Shown here: positions 53,601-64,000 of the stretch, one piece after another
How the letters are laid out: every line of letters starts with the position of its first letter
How positions within the stretch are numbered: position 1 is the stretch's first letter
Source: Trichoplax adhaerens
Lineage: Eukaryota > Animalia > Placozoa
Direction: 5' to 3'
DNA length: 64,000 bases
Assembly: GCF_000150275.1 (NCBI RefSeq)
Contig: NW_002060960.1
Location: 124,001 to 188,000, forward strand
The notes under the pieces: generated by a model
Databases searched by the model: none
Seen by the model: the letters and a program-made list of their open reading frames with translations, nothing else
What the model was told of the DNA's origin: nothing
Translations under genes and position numbers: made by a program

Positions 53601-55698
53601 TATACCAACCGGATATTCACCGCTTATAGCTAAGGTATCAATGCTAACAATGCAATTTTAATTGTTCGCCTAATGTTTACACCTACTACCCAGCTTTCTA
53701 CATGCCAGACTAAGGTGACACCAATAATTGATAAATTGGCCATCAACTATTTCTTCATTATAGATGATCGAAATTCCTGTTATAATATGGTAAACGAATT
53801 CCTAAAAATTGAGATGCATCAGTTTCTAATTCAGAATACACTCATCAGCTTTAACTTTTAAATAAACTGATAAAGATTTCTCTACTATAATATTTTACTA
53901 GAAAATGCGAGTCAAATAATTCTTTCAGATGCTACACGTACTATTTAATAAAGATTAGCAAAGCCATTTTTCTGCAAATCCAAAGGTCTTCATTCATAAT
54001 CTACAATTTGCTGAGTCTCAAATTGTGCTTTCTTGATTTCCAAAACTGATATAATTTAAAATCAATTAAAAGTTTAACTGTCGTCCTATTGTTGCTTATT
54101 TCTCTTTTTCTGATACCGTAAATTTTCATTATTAGGCCTCATAATAGGCTAACTATCGTGTATAACGAACTAATTAATCTGCGTCAGATAGCGTACTTGG
54201 GCATTTGTAGAGAATACCACTATCCATGTGTCACAAACCAGCTTCGTGACAAGGATAACGTAAAAAAAATCTCTAAATTACTATAGTCTCCGGGGTTCAG
54301 TATCCCTACTCACAAGAATTTAGACGCCTTTGATCCTACGTTAAAACAACTATACAATTGAGAACTGCTTTATTCAACTATCTGACGGGTTTATATACCC
54401 TTCTACAGCAGCTAACATTCACAAGTCATCTTATAAAAATACTTGGGTGAGAACATCTACTAACTAGTTTTTCACAGTCGGACTACAATATGTCCATTCA
54501 CAGAATCATTTCAGCACACATTACAGCACAGCAATAAATTTACTGTAACACATTTATAATTAGAGTAATTCCTATTGTAAGTAACTAGTTGTAATATAAT
54601 ATCACTATATTATATTAACCAAATTTAGATATCTATTTCTTCACGGTAGTTCGTACCGTGACACCATGATATTATATACTCTTTTATAGATAAATATATA
54701 GTTTTATAATATTGTCTACGGTATAAACTGATAATTACCGTAATGTTTGTTTAAATTTACTTTAAATTGACTAATTTTTTAGTAAAGTTTGGGATTAGTT
54801 TAGTCTAAGGCAGACCAGTAGTATTACTGTTCCAACTGACGGTAAGAGATCGTTAGTATTTAAAGTCGTACTATAGGTAAATGATGGGGAGGATAAACTG
54901 GCAGTAGATTCATACTGTTAGTTTACTCGTAGTAGTTATTAACCTTTCGTCGTTAAAAATTTAAATTTGAAATGGTCAGTTTAAAAAATTGGTTTTTGGA
55001 TCATAGGCGTCGAGGATTAAGTTTATAAAGACTTGTCAGTATATCCAGTCAAAATTGATTGCTATTTTAGCTTATTAACAATGAGATTATTGAGAGTTGA
55101 GATATAAATGTACGTAAAAATCTAATTTAAGTGGGTATGGATGGTTACTATATCTGTATGTCATCAACAATTTACTAGCGTAACTTTCAGTATTGCAAGG
55201 CATGCAGTGGCCTAAGTATAATTTTCGAGTTTATTTCCATAGTAATTTCTGATATGAGGAAATAATGTCCGTTAGGTAGTTATTACGTGTTACTAATATA
55301 ATGTATATCGGAAGCAGTAGATAGAAAGTAATTATCTAGCAAACGTGTTTTCCTATCTAACCTCTAGCCATACTATGCATATGAATTAGAGACTTTAAGT
55401 GTAGCTGCGAGCATATCTTTTATAGATTTCTTTGATCTGGCATAGGTTTTGTAAGTAGTCATTAGAAATGGGTTATCTACACTAATACCTATAATACCAT
55501 TTAAAAATTAACAATTTCCTTTTTATTTTCTTATGTGTAGATTATATATGCACACTTTTGAGCATGATAATTATTTACGTGAAGTTAGTAATTGAAATTT
55601 GATTTTAGTTGTTTTGCATGGAGTAAAATAATTATTATAACAAAGCTATAATACATTAAAGTAACAAGAAATTCGAAATTTAAAAAATGATAATGAAT

Positions 55699-58600
55699 TC
55701 AGCCATACGTTGGTGCGCTTCTAGCTTGCTCTATTTTTTGTCTGACTCCATTACATTTTAGAGTTAATTCGGCATGAGTCATTTTCAGTTGCTCCAATCG
55801 CATTAGCAGATAATCTCCCTTTTTGGATAAAACATGAGTTTAATCAATAAAAACTAGAAAAGTGGATCTCGTTCCTAGGTATCCTTAGAATCAATTAACT
55901 TCCTCCGCTTATAGAATATTATCTAGTTAACAAACTTACTTCATCTTTCTTTTCTTCATAATCTCGTAATAGTGGTTCATTACCCAATAAACCACACTTT
56001 TCACGTAGTTTTACATTTTCAATCCGCAGAGCATCTCTAACTTGTTTGTTGCGTGATAGTATATCTCGTTTCTGTATATGTAGACAGCATGGAGAGGAAT
56101 TTAGGTATCAATTTTAGATTACCAATAATATCTACAGTATTGCTTTTAATCTGTTAATGATTAAGACGGCATTCAAACCTGTGCCACATGGACTTCAACT
56201 TCTTTTAGATCATCTTTTAAGTCACCTGTCTCCGCCTATGTTGAATTAGATATGTATTGTATTGTAGTTTAGTTTTGCACCATGTTATGTATCTAATAGC
56301 AAGTACAAGCGTTGTATAGCGATTTGATGTTGAAAATTTGATCTTTTAAATACCTGAACAAATTGCAGCTTTTCTTTTACATGTGTTAAAACTTGAACTG
56401 TACTAGTAATTTTCTTACGCAATTTCAATATTTCCTATTATTATCGGAGTATACCATTTATTTACCGACGAAAACGGGAAAAAATTCATAAAGTGAAAGT
56501 GATTTAAAGTTATATAGCTAGTGTCTATAATATTTACTTCATTGCGCTCTTCTATCTTCTCATTATACGTTTGATTTTCAATTTTTAGCTGTTCGAAATC
56601 GATTAAATGTAGTCCTTCTGCTAATTCTTCTTTCTGCTTTAACTGTACTTCTCTCTTCTTTAGTTTATTCTTGGATTTGATATTTTCCAACCGAACTTGC
56701 ATAACTTCATTATCTTTACGTAATTCAAGAGCCAGATATTGATCAATATCTTTCTGTGGTATAGCCTTACCAGATCGACTGTTTATAGCATTTTTGGCTG
56801 CCTCCTTTTTGAAACCCGTAAATTCATTCCTGTTGATAATGAATATCGGTAATATTATTGCTCTGAATGATCAGGAAGAAAGTAAGCACTGAAAAACAAA
56901 ATTTCTTGTCTTGATTTCATTACGTGAATTATTGAATTACCTTGCTTGCGATACTTTGTCTTGTTTATCGTCTCTTTTCTTGACCAATTCTTCAATTTGT
57001 TCTTGGATATTTTCCTTGACTCTTGTTTCTTCTTTATGTAGCTCTTCTAACGTCGCTGTAACGATTTAAGATAAATATTACGTAAGTTTATCAAGTATCA
57101 CAGTTTATCAATTTATTATATTTCAATCAAATTTTACGTAAATCTGAGTTAGCATCATATTTTACGATAGCTTACACATGTATTTTAAATATCTTTGCTC
57201 TTGATCGGTAACATTTCTATCTAGATCTTGTTTTTCTTCAGTCTTTCGGGTACAAATTTAATGTGAGAAATGATTTGTGAAACTAATATCGAATAATTGT
57301 TGTTTGGATCTTACCTTCTTTTTCCGAAAGTGCTCCGCTAGTTTATGTTGCAGTTGCAAGTTCATAGCGTTAACTTGATCTCGTTCTGTAAAAGCCATCT
57401 GTAAATGACGAAATGGTTACTAAGAGAAACTCTAATTGATAGTTTAATTAAATTATTAGATTTTATAAGCAGATTCTGTTTGCTTTTTTTTGGGCACAAT
57501 TATTCAGCAAAACATGTACGTGTATAGTTAATTCGATCAGAAAGCATTACCTGATACCGTTCTAGAAGGAAAGCTCGATCAAATTTTGGAACTTCAAATT
57601 CTTCTATCTCTTCTTTACTGGTATTATATTCATCTTCGTCGTCACTTTCTTCCCCTTCCATAATGTCTGATTAATTAAACAGTAAGTTTTTCTTAATCGA
57701 TAATTACCGAAGCAATTAATTTTATCTAAGTTTAGTGAATATATATTAACGCTTATAGAAACATTTCCATTTAAAATTAATATAAACAGTTTACCATCAT
57801 TAATGCTATGCATGTCTTGATCGTAATAATCAGAAGTAGGGGTTTGCCTAGCATCTAAATCTTCCACTAGCTCTCGTGGTTCTAGCTCTTCGGTAAAATC
57901 GGCTTCATCTAATTTCTCAGTTAACGGTAGCATTGCAGGACTATTGCGACCACTTTCGTTAGGCCTGTCTTCGTGTTGTTCCTAAGTATCATACACGACA
58001 TTATTTATAAGAAGAATACAATTCATTTAGCCAAGATGTATAATCAAATTTGTTTCGTTACCTTTTCTTCGTCACCTTCATGCTGATTCTCGTTTTCTGC
58101 TGTATTTTCTTCATCTGCTTCATTATGTAACTCCTGATTTTGTTCAACATCATTAGAATCGGCAATAACATCTTTTGCATCATTTGGAGACTCTTCAGTC
58201 GTATCTTGATTATTATTATCATTATTACTATTTTCCGTGGCGACTGCACCTGTGTCGTCAGTATCTATTTACGATACATGAGGGTTAATTGTATATTTTG
58301 TGCAATCCTTTATTCTAGAATAGTATCAAACTATTAGTATATTTTGTTACAGTACCTTGTTGAGCTTTATCAGTATCTGAAGTCGGATCATGAACGGCTT
58401 CATCATTGGCATTTGGTGTGTCCTCTTTCACACCCTCTTCCACTTTCTCGACGTCAGCATTGTGAATGGATTGTTGACTTGCCGAACGCTCTTTAGAATT
58501 TTCTACCGTATTCTCATCCTCCTTCAATTCATCATTCTCTTCTGTTGGATCACTAGTTACTTGTTCGTGAGGTTCATTTTCGCTAGCTATCGGAGTAGTA

Positions 58601-59218
58601 GCCACCTCTACGTTACTTTCAGCGACAACTTCATTAGTATTGCTCTCTACTGGATGGATTTCTTGTTGTGATGATAATTCATTGTTATCGTTTTGAAGGG
58701 GACTATCTTCACCGGTTTCAGCATTCGTAGTATCAACATTTTTCTCTAATGGTGTATCTGTCTCTTGTGGTGAGTTGTTGTCCATGTCATCCTAAAAATG
58801 AATATCCTATTTATCGCACTTTATAACATCCACCTCTATACCTCTTATTTATACCATTAACAGAAACAGAAACAGAAATAATCAATCATAAGGAAAGGTA
58901 TCTTGAAATAGTGTCATTGTTGTAATGATAATGTACGTCCATCTCTAAAATTAAGTCAATATATTGAAATTAAGAATTTAGAGTTATTATAATGATTGAG
59001 CAGTCTAGTCTGTTTTGGTATTGGAAACGATATAAATGATTAGTCATGATCTTTTCCTTCACTGAATTTCATGATTATAAATCCAATCTACATATCCATC
59101 CTGATAACACTATGTTGGAACTCTTCGTAAGATAATGCTGTTTTATCCAATTTTAGCAGATAAATCGATAATATATAATGATGATGATCTATTTTACCTG
59201 TTCAACGTTGGTCGACAT
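55699..59218 (-). CDS. CCDC96: Coiled-coil domain-containing protein 96 / CFAP184 (DUF4201 family, motile cilia), 13 exons, ~636 aa
   Basis: Exons: 59198-59218, 58356-58791, 58062-58264, 57795-57981, 57551-57666, 57315-57398, 57176-57242, 56941-57055, 56538-56829, 56354-56434, 56179-56235, 55940-56071, 55699-55818 (1911 nt, all GT-AG, in frame). Hallmark segments: LQHKLAEHFRKKK, EQRYLKY, GLHLIDFEQLKIENQTYNEKIEERNEE, QVLTHVKEKLQF, CGLLGNEPLLRDYE. The N-terminus is long and acidic. Confidence 0.92.
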
Positions 59219-59268
59219 CTTTATTTGGATGGAGTGAATTTGATCTAAAAGACGATTGGTGTTTGCTT

Positions 59269-59282
59269 GTCCCTATAGCAAC
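59269..59282. promoter_or_regulatory. RFX X-box in the CCDC96 promoter
   Basis: GTCCCTATAGCAAC matches the X-box consensus GTHNYYATRRNAAC and lies ~50 bp upstream of the ATG of a ciliary gene. Confidence 0.75.
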
Positions 59283-59302
59283 TACTGGACCTCAATTGAT
59301 TC

Positions 59303-59407
59303 GTGCATGCGCACTTGGGTCATGGTGGATCTTCATCGCTTCATCAATTGATTGTTTACCACGACTGCGTATTCAGTGCCAGCTTCTGATCGTCTCATGA
59401 CGTCATG
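59303..59407. promoter_or_regulatory. Proximal promoter motifs: NRF1-like, forkhead and CRE
   Basis: GTGCATGCGCAC at 59303-59314, TGTTTAC at 59353-59359, and palindromic CATGACGTCATG at 59396-59407, all within 200 bp of the CCDC96 start. Confidence 0.5.
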
Positions 59408-60254
59408 CCCATTCAATGGAGGAAAAAAATAAATAATTATATAAATAAATATTAATGAGAAAGTTGCGGTATTTTAGTTCAATTTCTACAGCAAGTTTGT
59501 TTTATTTTTATTGACGGTACTGTATAGTCAGACTACACGATGGGACTCTTCACTTTTTACTGTACCCTCCTTACTTATCCAGCACAGGTAGTACTAGCAG
59601 CGATTACTTGTACCAAAGATATCTTGGGCAAATGTGTCGGAAGAAGTTGGTTTTGTCAATGTTTGTATCTTTGTCTCGACAGTAGAATCATATAATGATC
59701 AGGAGATATTAGCTAATAAGGCCGCACATTCCTTGGCATTGGACAGGTTACTTCTGCTTCCTACAGTAAGCCTAATGTACACTATTATTGTACAGTCGTT
59801 GCCCGTCCCTCTCTTTCTTGTTTACCCCTCTGGTTGTGAATGGGAATGTATAAAGGAAGAGAGAGTTCTCAAAATCGTGCACCATTGCACTGCCATCCGC
59901 TGTTATTGATAGCAGTCTAGTACAATTTGACGCGAGCAATTTACCGCTGTAAATAAAGTAGTATAGGATGGAAATAATATCAATACAGATTTGAAATTAC
60001 CAGGGTGAATTGAATACTTAGCAGCGTTCAATCCTGTACATCATAAAATTAATGTAATGCAGTAAAGTATCTGTTTCGATATTACGAGGGTAGATTCGCT
60101 ATTCATATTTTACAGCGTATAATTGATTCAACGCGATAAATTAACCGGTTTCGTGTTAACAGCGTCTCTGTGAAGTAGACTGAGTAGAGTGACTACAACG
60201 GGAATGATACAGTAGTTAAAGAATGAGGACACATTGGATGTCAGTGACTACTTA

Positions 60255-61330
60255 AAAAGAAAGAGACTGGAAAGGAAACGGTCATTTACTCCGCTTAAAA
60301 TGTGACCGATTATTTTAGTGATCATTTCAACTGTATCGCATGTCTACAACGACATATACTGTCCGCAATGGACATCGAAATTCATGTCGCTGCTATTCGC
60401 TTGCTACGTCGATTTTGAGCAGTCGACTGTGTGCAGCATGATACAGTCGTTTTCATCGACCAATATGATAGCAATACTCAACAGTAAAAGCATTTCTCTT
60501 CCATCTGCCTGTATTGCGGCTATGGCCAAAGCTAAAACTACGACTACCCTAGTACGCTGTGCCAGAGACAAGGACTACTTTATACTGATCTGTCTGTATG
60601 GCATTGGAGGCAAATTTAAAGCACATTTCTTCAAAATTGAAAGACATCATTTATTAAGGCAACACTGATATCTTTCAAGCACTTAAAGGGCACGCCACGC
60701 CCCTTTAATTGTGGTCTTATCAACTTGAGTGACATCGTCACATCTCCCGCTGTCATGACGTAACTTCGTCAAGCTTTTTGACTGGCTGTTACCATCACCA
60801 GTACCAGCATAGGGTCAAATCGAGCGCGCTTGGGCTCGACAGCAAGAGTTTCATCCTTTTACGGAGCAGCCGCAGTGATCATTGACCTTAGGCTAAAAAG
60901 CGCGCCAGCTTGAGGCAGCCGGCAGCAGAAAAGTTGATATATAGCTAGAAAATATGTATTCAATTAATAAAAGTAAAGAGAAAGAGTTCTATGTTGAAGG
61001 ATACCTGGAAGACAACGATGAACTAGATAGATTTACATTACTACTAGTATCCGTGATAGGACTGTAGATACCGAGCACAGACATGGACTACTCAATCCTA
61101 CCGGTAACATTGAGTAGTCCTTGCCACATACTGTACAGACTCAGCACGTAAAAGAAAGAAAAGAAAGAGAGGTCGTTGACTATCCTGGTGTAAAAATGGG
61201 GAGGCCAATTATTTTATTGGTCATTTCAACTGTATCGCATATCTGTAACGACATACCACCCTATCTGCGATTGACATCTGAATTAGCTGCTAAATCTGTT
61301 TTTTACAGCATGATACACGCTTTCATTAAT
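60255..61330. repeat. Pair of diverged ~200-bp direct repeats (~60255-60470 and ~61150-61330) flanking a GC-enriched core
   Basis: Both copies share ATTATTTTA.TG.TCATTTCAACTGTATCGCAT.TCT..AACGACATA...GACATC..AA...GCTGCTA...CAGCATGATACA..TTTCAT, and each is preceded by an A/G-rich tract. Confidence 0.75.
60769..60913 (+). ncRNA. Candidate structured RNA element (unassigned)
   Basis: Stem 60806-60818 / 60882-60894 (12 of 13 bp, one G-U). Inner hairpin TCGAGC/GCTCGA. GCGCGCTT (60824-60831) is complementary to AAGCGCGC (60898-60905). Outer pairing TCAAGCT/AGCTTGA. No known family was recognised. Confidence 0.3.
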
Positions 61331-64000
61331 GTCGTGTAATAGAACGATGGGGAAAAGGAAGCGCCTCCACATTTATTTTGCACTGGTAGCCACTTTGCGT
61401 CCGTCTTTCTTTCCTTCCTTTCTTTTTAAGCAATTGGCGCTTGATATTTTATTACTTTTTAAGGCAGTATGGAATAATTCGAATTCTTTCAAGTTTCTTA
61501 TACAAACTATCAGTCGCTGCTGCATGTACGGTGGCTCCAAGGCCATTTTACAAGTAACCACGTGATGCCAGTCTTATCTAGACGATTGAGCTGATCATGT
61601 GACTGATAATAATAGGGATAGATAAGGTAAAGTGCGGCAAATACGAATATTGATCCACGACAACGTTTAATAGCAAGTTGCCATAGGCAGTTTTCCCTAC
61701 CATTCGGGAGGCTTGTAGCAAAGTTCAAGGCAGAATAGTGTAAGCAAATTGCCAATGCTTGGTTGTAGTATCGATGGATTATACAGTAGTTCTTCTAGCT
61801 GATTGATCTTCTGATTTTGCTGTAGATAGGAGATTGGGTATAGCCTGCAATAGTGACCGGCGGTGTATGACTTGACTTGGAGAAGAACCATACGACGGAT
61901 AAAGATATCAACAGGTAGAAGATGATGAGCTGCCATAGCCCTACCATTTCAAATGGATATATGCCAATCTTTCCACAAAGCCCTTCGGGAAGAATTCAAG
62001 TAAGTCTGTAGATACGTTATGTACGTGAATAGCCACAGGAGGACAGTCAAAGTGGAACTAACTTAAACTCTTCAAGGATGGGTGGGACAACGATGTAGCT
62101 ACTGTCTCCATTGTATGATGATGCCCTGTTTTACTTTTGTACTCAAATATAGTCTAGTTGTCTTGATCACAAGCTGCATAGATGCGTATAAGTTATGAAT
62201 TAAAATCTCCCAAATCTTATGACATCACTGTTTGACTCTGATATTTTTCTCTTAAATCTAGTTAATACTTGGCCCGATGTTCTCCGGAAAAACGTAAGTC
62301 TAATAATGATGATTGAAAGATGTGCTGCGTAGTGTTGACATTCTTGCATGAAATGATGACATCGATGCTGTGCTCACTGAATATTGTTATGACCATATCT
62401 GTTATATATACAGTATATATATAATATATATAAAAGTTCTTATTTTATATATATATATACGAATATTTGATAATTTCAGCCACGATGCAATCGCTCAATT
62501 CAATAGTTTTATAGTGAGAGATATTAATTTTTTTTCCATTATAATTATAATTATTCAAGCTGCTCAATACATCCATTACGGGCTTTGCTAGGGTTTTACT
62601 GGTTCTACTGTTTTGTACATGGAATAATTATACTATATTCAATAGTCTTCATCGTAATAGACTGTTTATTTGAATATCGTACCTGATATTATTATTTTTT
62701 TACTTTAAATCGTTACAATATTAAGTATACTACTACCTAGACAGCACGATTTGAGCTTCTAAACCACGATAATGCAATCGAATTCTATTCGCGCGTTATT
62801 TTCATATCAAATTTAATTCAGCAATTAGCGTAATATACGGCTTGGCATCTTTGACACAATGCATTGTTTAAAATTTTATAAATTGCATTACAATAGCTAG
62901 CTCAGTTGTAACCCTATTACTATAAATGAGTAAAGGTCGAACTTTGATTGTTCTATGTTGGCTAATTCATTGTTTACTTATACGTACTTATACTGATGTA
63001 CACGATGGCTAGTTTACTTCAATTGATATTAAAGTTGTAGTAGAAGGCCCGACATGAGTATAGAGCGTTTCTACTGTATACTGTCTACAGGTTACGGATT
63101 AAATTGGATGGAATTGCAGCTAATGCAATTGCAGTCATTACAGTAAAACGTTTGGACTCGACTTCTGTAAATATTGACGTCATAATAATGCGGGAGGGTA
63201 CTGTTCTAATTATTGTTGTAGGCTACTAATAAAATCACTGAATACAATAAAACTTCACTACCCCTCTCCGTGCTAATCTTTGGCAGTCCAGTAATGGCCT
63301 AGAAAAGAAATTCGTAGAAATTTATTGTAGTTTATGCCTCTCCTGCAATATTGAACCACATCTATGCTGCAGTTTAATTCTGTTTATTAGCAAACGCTAA
63401 ATGGATACATTGGTGTCGGTTATATTTCGCGATTATGTTATTTATGTGTTGCTAACATGACTATTGTTTATTCTAACATTGGCATTGATGTAAATTCCTC
63501 TTTTTTTAATATTCTATTTGGATAATGTAGGACAGAATTGATGCGCCGTGTCAGAAGATTACAGGTTTGAAATTTGAAGTTTATAGTGCATTGTATCTTT
63601 AGCGTCGATTCTAGCATAAATCTAGTTTTATATGTTTCGTCTTACTGTCACTAAAATATTGTTACTTGTTGTGTCTATTGTGGTATTCGGGTCAATTTCT
63701 TATAATATTTGCTAACCCAACTCCTCTAGATTGGCAACCAATCTTGTGTAATCATTAAGTATGCAAATGATAACAGATACGACAAGGATGGCGTAGCAAC
63801 GCATGATCTGTAAGTATTTATAGTACAATTATGATTAGTATTCAATAGTGAAGACACACTCATAGACGAGTATTTGCTAATGCTTACTTGAATTTCTTCA
63901 GTACTATTGATGAATTCAAGTTATTCAGATCTGAAAATATCTTACGTAATATATTCTTGTTAGATATTTAGTTACGGGAATCATAGAATAGAAGTAGTTT

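Noticed and set aside
58058-58671. Alternative-frame and antisense ORFs of 63-93 aa
   Set aside because: They are shadows of the low-complexity CCDC96 exons.
60769-60913. Hammerhead or twister ribozyme, or telomerase RNA
   Set aside because: The minus strand has TCC-loop-GGA-TGAAAC but lacks CTGANGA. The twister pseudoknot partners are missing. There is no CTAACCCT-type template.
62370-62591. 73-aa Ile/Tyr-rich ORF
   Set aside because: It is the translation of TA-rich low-complexity sequence.

Overview
AT-rich eukaryotic genomic DNA with short spliceosomal introns. The combination of intronless rhodopsin-type GPCRs, TPR relics, compact introns and low GC is most consistent with a placozoan such as Trichoplax; this is an inference, not a verified assignment. 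Gene order left to right: intronless class A GPCR (-), a degenerate ~100-bp tandem array, an SLC35F3/F4-like pseudogene fragment (-), a TPR-protein relic (+), a 12-exon choline/carnitine O-acyltransferase (+, 610 aa), a tandem array of SLC35F3/F4-like EamA/DMT transporters (-; three intact genes and one more pseudogene), a repeat-rich interval (173-bp tandem duplication, foldback/MITE-like element, G4 motif, ~0.9-kb duplicated block), a second intronless class A GPCR (-), ~11 kb with no recognisable intact gene, a 13-exon CCDC96/CFAP184 ciliary gene (-) with an RFX X-box in its promoter, and a GC-enriched island holding a candidate pseudoknotted RNA between two ~200-bp direct repeats. Exon models were built by hand from splice sites and reading-frame continuity. 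The best candidate for an undescribed system is the GPCR / acyltransferase / SLC35F cluster, which could make, transport and sense an acylated quaternary amine. That functional link is a hypothesis only.
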